Notes under the pieces: model-generated
What the model was told of the DNA's origin: nothing
Databases searched by the model: none
What the model saw: only the letters and a program-made list of their open reading frames with translations
DNA from: a virus
Lineage: Duplodnaviria; Caudoviricetes
DNA: 61,758 nt
Strand: one strand, 5' to 3'
IMG/VR virus record: IMGVR_UViG_3300033145_001155
Coordinates: 1-61,758 of that record
Program-made: the position numbers and the translations under genes
Part shown: positions 9,604 to 18,556 of the stretch, piece after piece
Position numbering within the stretch: the stretch's first letter is position 1
Layout of the letters: the number at the start of each line of letters is the position of its first letter

Positions 9604-10557
9604 TTACGTCGCAGCGCCAGCGTTGATCATTTCCAGAAGTTCCTTATTGGCGGCGGCAAACGCCTCGTCAACCGACACGCCCGGTACTACACCCTTAACA
9701 GGGGTTCCTTCACCTTCACCTTCACCTTCCCCTTCTTTTTTCCTGGGTGCGCCAGATGGCACTAACTTGGACTTACCAGCGGCATACTCATCCACCGCCT
9801 GTTGCCGCACGTCATCCACGAAGGCCTTAAACTTGTCTACACCAGCCTTAGCCATAATACGTACGGCCTTTACGTCCTCCACGTCCACCTTGTTCGCCGG
9901 GTTATCCACACCAAGTAACATGGCGGCAATACCTATATGCTCCGCTGAAAGGTCCGCTGCCTCCACCACCTTGGTAACTTCCTTGTCATACGCCGCAATA
10001 ATGCGTACACCGTCCTCACTGGACTGCCTATCTTGCTCCGAGCGCCTACTCGCATCTGTTACCTTTTTGTTCTCCTCTTTCAAACGCGCAATAGTCTGCT
10101 CCGGAGTCTCCTTAGCTTCCAATTTCTCGGCGTCCGCCCTGGCCCAATACTCGTTGTACTTCTGTAGTGTTTCAGAGTCCTTTATCAACTTGGCTGCGTC
10201 ATTATCACCAAGAAGCTGCTGTAACGACATGCCCGCCTTTAGGGCCTCGTTTAGCTCCTCTACGGACTCAAAACCACCATCATCGAGTATAGCCGTTAGG
10301 CTTTTTTCTGCTGCCCTCGCGGCTAACCACTTAGGGTCTTTATCAAACTGCAGTACGCCTTCACCCGCGCCACCAGATTCATCAAGGGATGGGGTGCCCT
10401 CTTCACCTGTACCGCCAGGTGGGGAACCTGGCTCTTCTGCCCCAATTGCCCCAGTTGCTGCACCTTCTTCACCAGATGCCGGTGTATCGGACGGGGAACC
10501 CGATTCTTGCCCCGCTTCCGCTTCGTTTAGTATTTCCTGTGTTTCTATCTCTCCCAT
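9604..10557 (-). CDS. Capsid scaffolding protein
   Basis: Acidic low-complexity N-terminus, helical middle, directly upstream of the major capsid gene. Confidence 0.75.
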   Translation of the reverse strand: MGEIETQEILNEAEAGQESGSPSDTPASGEEGAATGAIGAEEPGSPPGGTGEEGTPSLDESGGAGEGVLQFDKDPKWLAARAAEKSLTAILDDGGFESVEELNEALKAGMSLQQLLGDNDAAKLIKDSETLQKYNEYWARADAEKLEAKETPEQTIARLKEENKKVTDASRRSEQDRQSSEDGVRIIAAYDKEVTKVVEAADLSAEHIGIAAMLLGVDNPANKVDVEDVKAVRIMAKAGVDKFKAFVDDVRQQAVDEYAAGKSKLVPSGAPRKKEGEGEGEGEGTPVKGVVPGVSVDEAFAAANKELLEMINAGAAT

Positions 10558-10641
10558 AGCCTTATCCTCCTCTTTTGCCTACCTACCATGTGACACGGGA
10601 CGTGAACACTATGTAGGTGGTATATAGTTGTGTGTTATATG

Positions 10642-10980
10642 TTAGCCAATCGCACCAACCAATTGCCTCAACGTCTTCTTTTCAGTGGCGACTGGTGTTA
10701 ACGATAAATGTGTTATCTGTATAGAGGCGGACATATCTGTACCGTCCTCACTCTCCGATATACGCGCTGAACGTACTTTGGCCTTGCCCACGACGGCGAC
10801 GGTTTGCCCAACGGACAAATCGCTAACGTCTATACCAAGTTTGCCTAATGACTCGTCGTTTAGGTCTAACTCCAGGCCCCAGGGGTATTTTTCGCGCGGT
10901 GCTTTGTCTGATATAGGTACTTCTTCACCACGCTTTTTCAGTTCAGCCGCCGTTAGCCTCATGCTTGTTAATGTTGCCAT
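10642..10980 (-). CDS. Putative capsid decoration/staple-like protein
   Basis: YPWGLELDLNDESLGKLG...ASIQIT.L pattern of small head-module proteins; position. Confidence 0.55.
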   Translation of the reverse strand: MATLTSMRLTAAELKKRGEEVPISDKAPREKYPWGLELDLNDESLGKLGIDVSDLSVGQTVAVVGKAKVRSARISESEDGTDMSASIQITHLSLTPVATEKKTLRQLVGAIG

Positions 10981-10986
10981 CTGTCC

Positions 10987-11148
10987 TTACCCCCCTTTGC
11001 GCGTTACGCGTTGTGTTGCAGACCGTATACCTTTACCCTTTGACGCTCTGTACCCTGCGTAGGCCCTCTCACAGAGGGCTTTACTCTTATACATTCAATC
11101 GCCTGACCCCAGGCGGTATTTACCATTACTTCACTTTAAACACGGCAT
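10987..11148 (-). CDS. 53-aa predicted selenoprotein with two UGA codons: MPCLKUSNGKYRLGSGDUMYKSKALCERAYAGYRASKGKGIRSATQRVTRKGG
   Basis: Hand-translated. Fills the portal-to-10980 gap (ATG 13 nt after the portal stop; its TAA overlaps the TAAGGA RBS of the next gene). TGA at 11133-11131 and 11097-11095, each followed by a SECIS-like hairpin; CxxU motif. Confidence 0.8.
11063..11079 (-). promoter_or_regulatory. SECIS-like hairpin for TGA 11097-11095
   Basis: GCCCUCU-GUG-AGAGGGC perfect 7-bp stem starting at +16 after UGA; GU at the loop start. Confidence 0.72.
11100..11115 (-). promoter_or_regulatory. SECIS-like hairpin for TGA 11133-11131
   Basis: CGCCUG-GGGU-CAGGCG perfect 6-bp stem starting at +16 after UGA; G-rich loop with GU. 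Confidence 0.72.
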
Positions 11149-11161
11149 AATGTCACCAACC

Positions 11162-13180
11162 CTATCCTACCGGTGTAGGTGCAGGTCCTTGCTCTGCCCC
11201 AGCCTCTGCCTCGGCCCCCTCCATTTGACCCACTTGCTCGGCTTGCACCGCCGCTATCTGCGCCGCCATTACTGCCAAATGCATTTCCCTATGCCCGATG
11301 AACCACGCCTGTATTTTGGAAGACAAAGCATGAAACTCGGCCCCAAACATGAATTCGTCCATCACCTGTATATGTACGTCATGCGGATCCATCTTAAACA
11401 ATGGGTCAAAGGTTTGCGGAAACCCACCACCCCCTGGCAACGCCACGCGTTCCACCAGGGACGTATCACCAGATGCGAGTATACTATTTTCGCGCTCCGC
11501 CCTGTCCCTATGTATGCTACTTTCGGCGGGTAAGTCACCCAATCCAAACTTAGTAAGTAGTGCCCTCTGTAACATTGGTTGCACCGTTATATCACCAAAG
11601 AACTGTGCCTCCGTTAAGCGCAGGAAGAATTCATTCTGCCCGGCCTGTGTGGTCGCCATTCCACTACCCGGCTCAAGCCTAACGTCCACATTACCGTGCA
11701 GGTCCGCGCCCTTAAACGTACTAACTATTATTTCGTTGCCCTCACCCACTTCCTTCAATATTCGGCTCTCCTTGAACAGGCGCTGGGCTAATATTAATTG
11801 TTTGCGCCTTACCCTCTGCCATGCACGGTAGAACCGCTTAATATCTGGGGTATGGGACATTTCCGCCGTCTCACGTAATACGTCTACCATATAACCGCTC
11901 GCACCTGAGTGAGGGGACGCACCACGCAATACATTTTTAGGGTCACCGCCTGCGTCCTGTATGACGGAACGTTGGTTCTTGCGCTCTTCCAATACTTGCT
12001 GTGGATAGGGTGTGCCATGGCGTATTTCCGGTTTGGCACCACCACTTAGGCGTGAGTCATACTGTATATGTAGGAGGGCCTGACCGCGCAGGCTTACCCG
12101 CTTCATTATCATCTCTGTAGGTGTGAGTAGGTATGGTCGACCTAAAGACTTACGGTTGATGGAGAGGCCCTGATCTATTTCGTTTACTGTGTTCTGCGGA
12201 CTGATTATGTCATCGACACTACCGGAAGGCCAGAACCCGCCACCCATGCGGTTGTAGGCGAAATGTGTTAACGTGTAGTGCCACTTACCCTCTTTACTAA
12301 CTGGTATGGGTAGGTCCGCACCACCCTTTTTGGTAAGTTCTTTGTCCTCACAACGACATATATACAGACCCTTGGGGTGCTTGGCAGTCGGCTTCCACTC
12401 TACCTCTTTAAGCACCACCATTTCCTTGGCGTGCTTCTCCTCTATATCACCTGCGTCCAAACCCCGCCCCTTCCAGGGCGACACATTGGCGACGAGGACC
12501 ATAAGCTGGCGTTGGTAGTCTATCTCCCCTATGTGCTTGTCACCTCCGGTCAATTCCACACCATAGGTATCCTCGACCCACTCCCTGTCAGCCAAGGAAA
12601 TAATACCAACATATTTCTTATCGGGTAAGAATTGACCTAACAGGGGAACGTGAACGTTGAAGGGGATGGTACACTCCGTACGTATTTCATCTTGTGACAG
12701 TGGCTCACCATTGGCGTTGGCGGTATATTTGCCGGGGTTGACGCCGGGATATGTGCGGCAGAACCCACTACCAGTTAAATGTCGCCACCACTCCACTGAC
12801 TCCTTAATATCTTCCAACACACCATCCGCGTCCATGGAGCGCAATAGGCGTTCACCCGCCTTGGCCCCGTCCTTATCCTTAAGCTCCGCGCTATTGGGCC
12901 AGACGCGCGTAGTATAGCTTTTGTTCATAGTCAGCGCTGATATGGAGCGCACATGATCACGCACCATATTACTAACCGGGGTAGGTACTGAACCGGCTAT
13001 GGAATAGCGGTAGCCGAATGCGCTCGGAGAAGTGAACCAGTTTATATATTGCTCGCCCAGCCAGTATAATATATTGCGGAACCACGTGCGCTCCAGGACG
13101 TCCCGCACTATATCAGGTTCCTTGCTGAATATATCATCGAAGGAAGGTGTAGTAACAGTTAGCCCAACGGATTCATCCAT
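11162..13180 (-). CDS. Portal protein
   Basis: 672 aa after terL; FWPSGSVDDIISPQNTVNEI and C-terminal DPHDVHI..EF motifs typical of podovirus-type portals. Confidence 0.85.
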   Translation of the reverse strand: MDESVGLTVTTPSFDDIFSKEPDIVRDVLERTWFRNILYWLGEQYINWFTSPSAFGYRYSIAGSVPTPVSNMVRDHVRSISALTMNKSYTTRVWPNSAELKDKDGAKAGERLLRSMDADGVLEDIKESVEWWRHLTGSGFCRTYPGVNPGKYTANANGEPLSQDEIRTECTIPFNVHVPLLGQFLPDKKYVGIISLADREWVEDTYGVELTGGDKHIGEIDYQRQLMVLVANVSPWKGRGLDAGDIEEKHAKEMVVLKEVEWKPTAKHPKGLYICRCEDKELTKKGGADLPIPVSKEGKWHYTLTHFAYNRMGGGFWPSGSVDDIISPQNTVNEIDQGLSINRKSLGRPYLLTPTEMIMKRVSLRGQALLHIQYDSRLSGGAKPEIRHGTPYPQQVLEERKNQRSVIQDAGGDPKNVLRGASPHSGASGYMVDVLRETAEMSHTPDIKRFYRAWQRVRRKQLILAQRLFKESRILKEVGEGNEIIVSTFKGADLHGNVDVRLEPGSGMATTQAGQNEFFLRLTEAQFFGDITVQPMLQRALLTKFGLGDLPAESSIHRDRAERENSILASGDTSLVERVALPGGGGFPQTFDPLFKMDPHDVHIQVMDEFMFGAEFHALSSKIQAWFIGHREMHLAVMAAQIAAVQAEQVGQMEGAEAEAGAEQGPAPTPVG

Positions 13181-13211
13181 ATGTTCTCCCTACTATCCAC
13201 TACCTGTGTCT

Positions 13212-13478
13212 TTAACCGACGGGGTAACCCGGTCCGTCTTCCGTGTCAACTTGCGCCTCTATCGCTTTCTGTAGCACCACTGCTTCCGCTTTCATATCGG
13301 CCAAACGTTCCTTGGCGGAAGTAGAGTGCGCCTGGTAATCGGCTAACCCATCCGCCATTACCCGGTCCAATAGCTGTTTCACCCGTTTGTCATTTGTATA
13401 TCGCTCCCACACCAAAAGTGTTACCAGAAACCCTATTACCACTAAAAGCGTACAGGTTGTTATCCAAAAGTATAACAT
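13212..13478 (-). CDS. Small membrane protein
   Basis: N-terminal hydrophobic helix; GGAGG RBS. Confidence 0.65.
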   Translation of the reverse strand: MLYFWITTCTLLVVIGFLVTLLVWERYTNDKRVKQLLDRVMADGLADYQAHSTSAKERLADMKAEAVVLQKAIEAQVDTEDGPGYPVG

Positions 13479-13536
13479 GTCAAGCCCTCCTACACAAGAT
13501 GGTTAACCACACGCGGGTGCTGGGCCACAACAAGCC

Positions 13537-15117
13537 CTATGTTGGCCGCAACCCCTCCTCCTCCGCTATACCCTGCAGTGCTGATATGTGTTGCTCATAT
13601 TCCTCCAGCGCGGCGCGGGACTCCGGGTTCAGCTTCTTCTTCTTTTCTTCCAACGCTTTTGCTTTTGCTTTGGCATCTACAACGGCGTCCGGAATGCCCA
13701 TCGGACGTGCCATACATACTTGGCACGCATCGTCAAACGGATGTATTTCCTGTCCGTCCTCCAGGTACTCACCGGCGTCATCCGTGCATAAAGACGGTAT
13801 GATGCGGATAAATTGATCGCATGTATTATATACCACCAACATGGGCCACGCGTCACGCCCTTCATGCTCTACTACTAAATCACCCGATATATCACCCGCG
13901 GGCGGACCAAGAAGGTCTTCGGGCAGAGTAAGCCGGTTGCGGAACTGCCTTATTTTTAGTTCCCTATTTGGGTCTGCAGGTATCAGCACCAAATTTTCCT
14001 TCTCAAATTCCTCTGCTGTTGAAGGCCCTTGCCCCCCACCCCGGTAATCCGGCTTTTTATTAAAGCAGTCATGTCCCGCAAGGCGGGTAATGAAGCGGTC
14101 GCCGAGACCCATTTCCCTTTCGCGTTCCTTTACACCACGTGCAATTTGCGGGTCGGTGAGGCGGATACCTATGTTAGGGGTAACTTCATCCCACCCGTAC
14201 CATTCCGCAAAACGGTACACTCGGTTGTCGCTGTCTACCCACCACCAGGCCCAGGAGAACGGTGCACCGAAGCCCCAGTCAAATGTAGTGTAGATAGGTG
14301 CTTCCTCCGGAATGGGCCATATAGGCTTAATAACATGCCGTTCGTTGAAGGTAAATGCCTGACCAAGAAACACATCCCAACGCCCATCTAACCACGCGGC
14401 GCGCAATTTAGGGTCACGTATGGAGCGTAGGCGTGCGACGTACTTAGGGTCATTCTCACATAATATGCGGTTGTCTGCTAACGTGGAACGTAGGAAGAGG
14501 CGGGTGAAGACTATATTCGTCAGCGGGTCCTTCATCCGCTGCACGAGGCCAACACCATCCGGGTCCGGGTCAATATACATCATCTTTATGATACTCGCAC
14601 CGGGACCGCCAGGGTTGCCTGTTAGGAACATATGGCATGGTACACCGTGTGGGGAGCGTAAGCAGCCCTTAAGTTTGTCTATTGCCTGTGCGATAAATGG
14701 TATGGTGGGGGCTTCATCTATCGTTACTTCTACGTACTGTTGGCCTTGAAAGGAATCCAACTGTACCTCGTGCATGACAGCAGCCAAAGTACACACGGCA
14801 CCATTGGCCCAACGTACGTAATTAGTTTGGTTTTCCCCACCTACACGCTCCGCTGGCATACCAAGTAGAATAAGTTCGTCAAAGCGACGGCGGATTTCCG
14901 CAAAGTCCTTATACTTACGGCGGATTATTAGGCCGTTCCAATACGCGCTATACTGCTCTGCGCCGTGAACATGGCGACCGATGGCCGTGTCAGACTTGCC
15001 GCCACCACGCGTACCACCAAAAAATATTTCGTCCGCAGGACATACGGCGGCAAAACTTTGCGGACCCTCTTGGGGCATCCAATAGTGTAGTGTTTCCTTA
15101 GCGGCGGCAAGGTTCAC
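13537..15117 (-). CDS. terL: Terminase large subunit
   Basis: Walker A GGTRGGGKS, Walker B VTIDEA, TGNPGG coupling motif, RNaseH-like FDWG and HPFDDA. Confidence 0.95.
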   Translation of the reverse strand: MNLAAAKETLHYWMPQEGPQSFAAVCPADEIFFGGTRGGGKSDTAIGRHVHGAEQYSAYWNGLIIRRKYKDFAEIRRRFDELILLGMPAERVGGENQTNYVRWANGAVCTLAAVMHEVQLDSFQGQQYVEVTIDEAPTIPFIAQAIDKLKGCLRSPHGVPCHMFLTGNPGGPGASIIKMMYIDPDPDGVGLVQRMKDPLTNIVFTRLFLRSTLADNRILCENDPKYVARLRSIRDPKLRAAWLDGRWDVFLGQAFTFNERHVIKPIWPIPEEAPIYTTFDWGFGAPFSWAWWWVDSDNRVYRFAEWYGWDEVTPNIGIRLTDPQIARGVKEREREMGLGDRFITRLAGHDCFNKKPDYRGGGQGPSTAEEFEKENLVLIPADPNRELKIRQFRNRLTLPEDLLGPPAGDISGDLVVEHEGRDAWPMLVVYNTCDQFIRIIPSLCTDDAGEYLEDGQEIHPFDDACQVCMARPMGIPDAVVDAKAKAKALEEKKKKLNPESRAALEEYEQHISALQGIAEEEGLRPT

Positions 15118-15704
15118 TCGGCCACCTCCCCTTCCACAACCTCCATCACTTCATCTACGTCTTGCGCTACACTTGGTTTCAGGCTTGCCTTATGCACACT
15201 ATGCTCCACTAACTTAGGCGGCAACCCAGCTCCCTCAGCATCACGCCGTGCCGTTTCCCTCGCCGAGCGTACCTGTTTTTCCCACTCTTCAATTGTGGTA
15301 GGCTGCGGCGGATAATGTTTGTGTAGGTGCATATGTGCGTGCTGTATTGGCCCGCCACCGGGGCCGACGTGCTCCGTCTTTTTACCATACCCTCTGTGCC
15401 GCGCCTGGGTCTGCAGGAAGAATTTAATAGAACCAACGTCACCGCCGTCTATCGCCTCCAACAGTTTGCTTTCAGTAAAGTCTATCATTCCTTCCCTAAC
15501 ATCAGCCACACTCGCTTTAAATTCCTCGTCTTCTACTATCCAGTTGTAGTATGTGCGACGCGTCACCCCCATCAAGCGGCAGACCTGGCTGATATTACCG
15601 TCGTTGCTATCCAGCAAGATAAGAAACATTACCTTCTTTTCCTCAACGTTCAGCGGTTCGGCTGTAGTGAGACTACCTACCGTAGCTGTCATGTCGTCCC
15701 CCAT
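15114..15704 (-). CDS. terS: Terminase small subunit (HTH)
   Basis: GNISQVCRLMGVTRRTYYNW HTH, AIDGGDVGSIKFFLQT..RHRGY motif; GTGA overlap with terL. Confidence 0.85.
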   Translation of the reverse strand: MGDDMTATVGSLTTAEPLNVEEKKVMFLILLDSNDGNISQVCRLMGVTRRTYYNWIVEDEEFKASVADVREGMIDFTESKLLEAIDGGDVGSIKFFLQTQARHRGYGKKTEHVGPGGGPIQHAHMHLHKHYPPQPTTIEEWEKQVRSARETARRDAEGAGLPPKLVEHSVHKASLKPSVAQDVDEVMEVVEGEVAE

Positions 15705-15931
15705 TTGCGTGCGCGTTTGCGTGCGTTCCGTGCGTTCGTGCGGGCGTCTGTGCGTTGGGGTCCTTCGTCAGGCTCTTTGTACGGCCCAGGGCGCGGCCCA
15801 GGTACGTGTTTACCCGCTACCCCACTTGGCCTAACTTTGGCCGTTACCTGATTGGGCTGCACATTACGCGCCTTACCCCAAACCCTCTGCCAGCCAGCCT
15901 TACACAACGTCGCTAACATAACCTCTGCCAT
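15689..15931 (-). CDS. Hypothetical basic protein
   Basis: 80-aa ORF with AGGGGG upstream; partly low complexity. Confidence 0.4.
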   Translation of the reverse strand: MAEVMLATLCKAGWQRVWGKARNVQPNQVTAKVRPSGVAGKHVPGPRPGPYKEPDEGPQRTDARTNARNARKRARKWGTT

Positions 15932-16060
15932 ATAACCCCCTAACTACCCAACCAACTACCTAACCGGGTCCCCGCGCGGGTCCCTTGCCATATAATATTT
16001 GTGGGTGGGACGAGCAACCCATGTCGACAATCGGCAATATATGATATACATCACGGTTCT

Positions 16061-16132
16061 CCCCTACCCCATCCTGGCCTACCCACTACCCACTACCCAT
16101 TACCCGCGCGTGGCTACCCATTACCCGACCCC
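16061..16132 (-). repeat. GGGTA-type G-tract array (G-quadruplex potential)
   Basis: Minus strand GGGTAATGGGTAGTGGGTAGTGGG plus further GGG tracts. Confidence 0.6.
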
Positions 16133-16309
16133 ATCGTACCATATTGGGCAGGTCGCACGCAAGTAGGGTGAGGTGCAAGCAAGGGTAGCGCACCGCAAGC
16201 AAAGGGCGTGATACGGCGCATACCGCGATGTATACAGCGTATGGTGGTGCATACAGCGGTGTATGGTGCATACATCATACTGGGGTTGGGTAGTTAGCTA
16301 CCTCGCGCC

Positions 16310-16438
16310 CACACAACTCGTTTGGCACACCAAAGCCTTGTAGTTGTGCCAAAGCCTGTTCGTCTGGCCAAAGCTCGTTAGGTGTGCCAAAGCCTTGTAG
16401 TTGCCCCTAACGAGCTTTGGTGTGCCGAATTGTGTGTG
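16310..16438. repeat. Iteron-like array with nested inverted repeats
   Basis: CCAAAGC at 16330, 16349, 16368, 16387 (exact 19-bp period); inverted copy at 16414-16420; perfect 15-bp IR 16368-16382/16406-16420. Confidence 0.85.
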
Positions 16439-16503
16439 GTCGTCCGGCACATTGTGGCACGAACGCCACACCGGCGAGCTAAGCGGGACTCAAGCGGACT
16501 AAG

Positions 16504-16540
16504 CGGAGCTAAGCAGAGCATAGTTGGCACGGCGGTTGCA
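16504..16540 (+). promoter_or_regulatory. Sigma54 (-24/-12) promoter with upstream CGGAGCTAAGC box
   Basis: TTGGCAC-GGCGG-TTGCA consensus at the head of the early genes. Confidence 0.75.
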
Positions 16541-16648
16541 GGAAAGAAAGGCAGGGGCAGCGCACCAACGCAACCTCGCACACAAGGGCAACACAAGGGT
16601 AGCACCAAGGGCAGGCCGAGGCCCACAGACAGACAGGAGGTACGGACC

Positions 16649-17005
16649 ATGACAGCAGAAGGAAGAGTAGGGACATACGCGGTAAGAGCGTTACGGGTAC
16701 AGGTAGCTGAACTGGAAGCCAAGGGTAACGGCAGGGCCAAGAAGGAACCGGTTTGGGTGGAGCAGAAGGCACCCAATGGGGCAACAGAAATGGTCGACCT
16801 GAACCTACACCCAAACGTGATGGTCTGCGAATGCGGTGACACGCGCTACGTGGCTAACGGGGACAGGCACCAAGTAACCCACTGCAAGCCCTGTACGAAG
16901 CGAGCACGGAAGGTGAAGCGGAACGTAAGGGCCAGGGTAAGGCGCGCGGGACAGGCTGCGGTGAGGGCAGAACGACAGAAAGAGACAGAGGCGGTGCTGA
17001 GCTAA
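16649..17005 (+). CDS. Zn-ribbon protein (CECG...CKPC), basic C-terminus
   Basis: AGGAGG RBS before ATG 16649; the longer ORF-track start overlaps the promoter. Confidence 0.75.
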   Translation: MTAEGRVGTYAVRALRVQVAELEAKGNGRAKKEPVWVEQKAPNGATEMVDLNLHPNVMVCECGDTRYVANGDRHQVTHCKPCTKRARKVKRNVRARVRRAGQAAVRAERQKETEAVLS

Positions 17006-17121
17006 CAGGACAGGTTGGGCCGTCCCCCGGACAACAAGAACCAACACCTACGTGACACAACACGCAACACACGTCACGTTGGGGATGGCCCACAGACAGC
17101 CTACGGGCGAAGGAGAACGAC

Positions 17122-17412
17122 ATGGGCGAAGACAAAGTAGCGCGGGACACATTGGCGGTCACGCCGATATGGGTGAGGGAAAAGACAGACACACAAACGG
17201 AGATAGAGAAATGGGCTTGGTGCCCCATGTTCGGCGAAGATGGTCCTGCTTTTCTGGTCGTGCACGTAGTTGGCCTGAACGAAGACCAGGACTACTGGGT
17301 GGCGCGCTACAGGGAAGCACCCATGAGCCGAGCAGAAGAGCTGAACGACGAAGTATGGGGCACAAAGGAAGAAGCAATGGCGGAAGCAGAAGGATACGTT
17401 GCGGACAAGTAA
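17122..17412 (+). CDS. Hypothetical early protein (acidic)
   Basis: AAGGAG RBS, 96 aa. Confidence 0.75.
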   Translation: MGEDKVARDTLAVTPIWVREKTDTQTEIEKWAWCPMFGEDGPAFLVVHVVGLNEDQDYWVARYREAPMSRAEELNDEVWGTKEEAMAEAEGYVADK

Positions 17413-17489
17413 GGGCAAGACCCACAACGACACAACAGCCCTCTATGGAGGGTGAAAGGGGTAACACCATGACAAAGGAGGGATTGGCT

Positions 17490-17756
17490 ATGACAGGTAG
17501 GCAGACCAAGGGCATGAGGGCGCGGCAAGCGGCAATGGACACATTGGGTGAGGTAGCCCCACACTTTGAGCAGAGCAAGCAGTACCCGCGGGTCTGGTAT
17601 CACTCAAGCAAAAAGGTGCGGTTCGTGTTCAAGCAGAACAAGGTCCGCAAAGAGATGAGGTTTAGTGGTAGATGGGTAAGGCTGTGGAGCGAGTACTACA
17701 GCAAGGTGACGAAGGGTGAGCTGGAGCTAAGGGCAAGGATAACGGACAAACAGTAA
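17490..17756 (+). CDS. Hypothetical early protein
   Basis: AAGGAGG RBS before ATG 17490; 3' part of ORF 17052..17756. Confidence 0.7.
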   Translation: MTGRQTKGMRARQAAMDTLGEVAPHFEQSKQYPRVWYHSSKKVRFVFKQNKVRKEMRFSGRWVRLWSEYYSKVTKGELELRARITDKQ

Positions 17757-17852
17757 GCGGGAAAGGATGAGGAAGACGAACGGTAACCAGACGGCTTGCC
17801 CTAAGCACGGTGCACGGTGTAAAGTAGCGGGTGAGGGGCAAGCGGAAGGAAG

Positions 17853-18260
17853 GTGAAACACGTGTACATAGACGAGACAGATCGGTACTACGACAGTGAA
17901 GGGCAACACACACGGCGCGCGCCATTCCTGCTACTGGTGCAGGAAGACGGCGAACCTTGTGCAAGCAACCTGCGGGGCCTGGTAAGGCAGGTAGCACTAA
18001 AGCAATGCGGACAGTGGATGATGGGGTTCGCCCGTATAGCAGGGCAAACATTAACCGTTAGTGGTACGTACGGGTCGGACGGGTTGCCCATAACAGTTGG
18101 CAAGAAGGCATACGCTAAAGGCACGCCGATGCCAGGGTTCCTGTACGACCTATGGAACAAGGGCGGCGGCTGGAATAGCGCGGGTAGTGAAGCGGCCATG
18201 CTGAGGGAGTGGGGCAAGTGGTTGATGCACGAAACGTACAAAGGAGGTAACAGATTATGA
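17853..18260 (+). CDS. Hypothetical early protein
   Basis: 135 aa; ATGA overlap with the next gene. Confidence 0.75.
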   Translation: MKHVYIDETDRYYDSEGQHTRRAPFLLLVQEDGEPCASNLRGLVRQVALKQCGQWMMGFARIAGQTLTVSGTYGSDGLPITVGKKAYAKGTPMPGFLYDLWNKGGGWNSAGSEAAMLREWGKWLMHETYKGGNRL

Positions 18261-18556
18261 TAACGTTGGAAGAGGCAAAGGGGTTGCAGTACGGGCAAAC
18301 CCTATACCATGTGGTAAACCGGAACGCAGACGGCACGCCCCAAAGGTGGCGGGTTAATGGCAAACCAAAGACCTGGGTAAGGACGCCTGAGCGAGTGCAG
18401 GTGCCAATTAAGCACGGGCTAGGGACGTACGACTACCTAACGGAAATTGGCCTGAGCCTGGTCTGCCTGGAAGAAGGGGCAGAAGAACGACAGGCTGAGG
18501 TGGAAGAGGCAAACACCTGTAATGAACAATACGGACGGAAAAGGGGTAAAGGCTAA
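18257..18556 (+). CDS. Hypothetical early protein
   Basis: AAGGAGG RBS; NADGTPQRWRVNG..KTW motif. Confidence 0.75.
   Translation: MITLEEAKGLQYGQTLYHVVNRNADGTPQRWRVNGKPKTWVRTPERVQVPIKHGLGTYDYLTEIGLSLVCLEEGAEERQAEVEEANTCNEQYGRKRGKG

Noticed and set aside
9548-10627. Long plus-strand ORFs antisense to structural and replication genes (e.g. 9548..10627, 55763..56683, 57392..58258)
   Set aside because: Shadow frames of well-supported minus-strand genes; no RBS or motifs, Ser/Pro/Ala-biased.
16310-16520. CRISPR array
   Set aside because: Repeat cores are only 7-11 bp with 10-19 bp periods, and the intervening segments are themselves repeated; there are no unique 30-40 bp spacers.
16382-17468. 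ORF-track starts at 16382 and 17052
   Set aside because: They run through the repeat/promoter region or overlap another gene. Strong RBSs support starts at 16649 and 17490 (or 17469).
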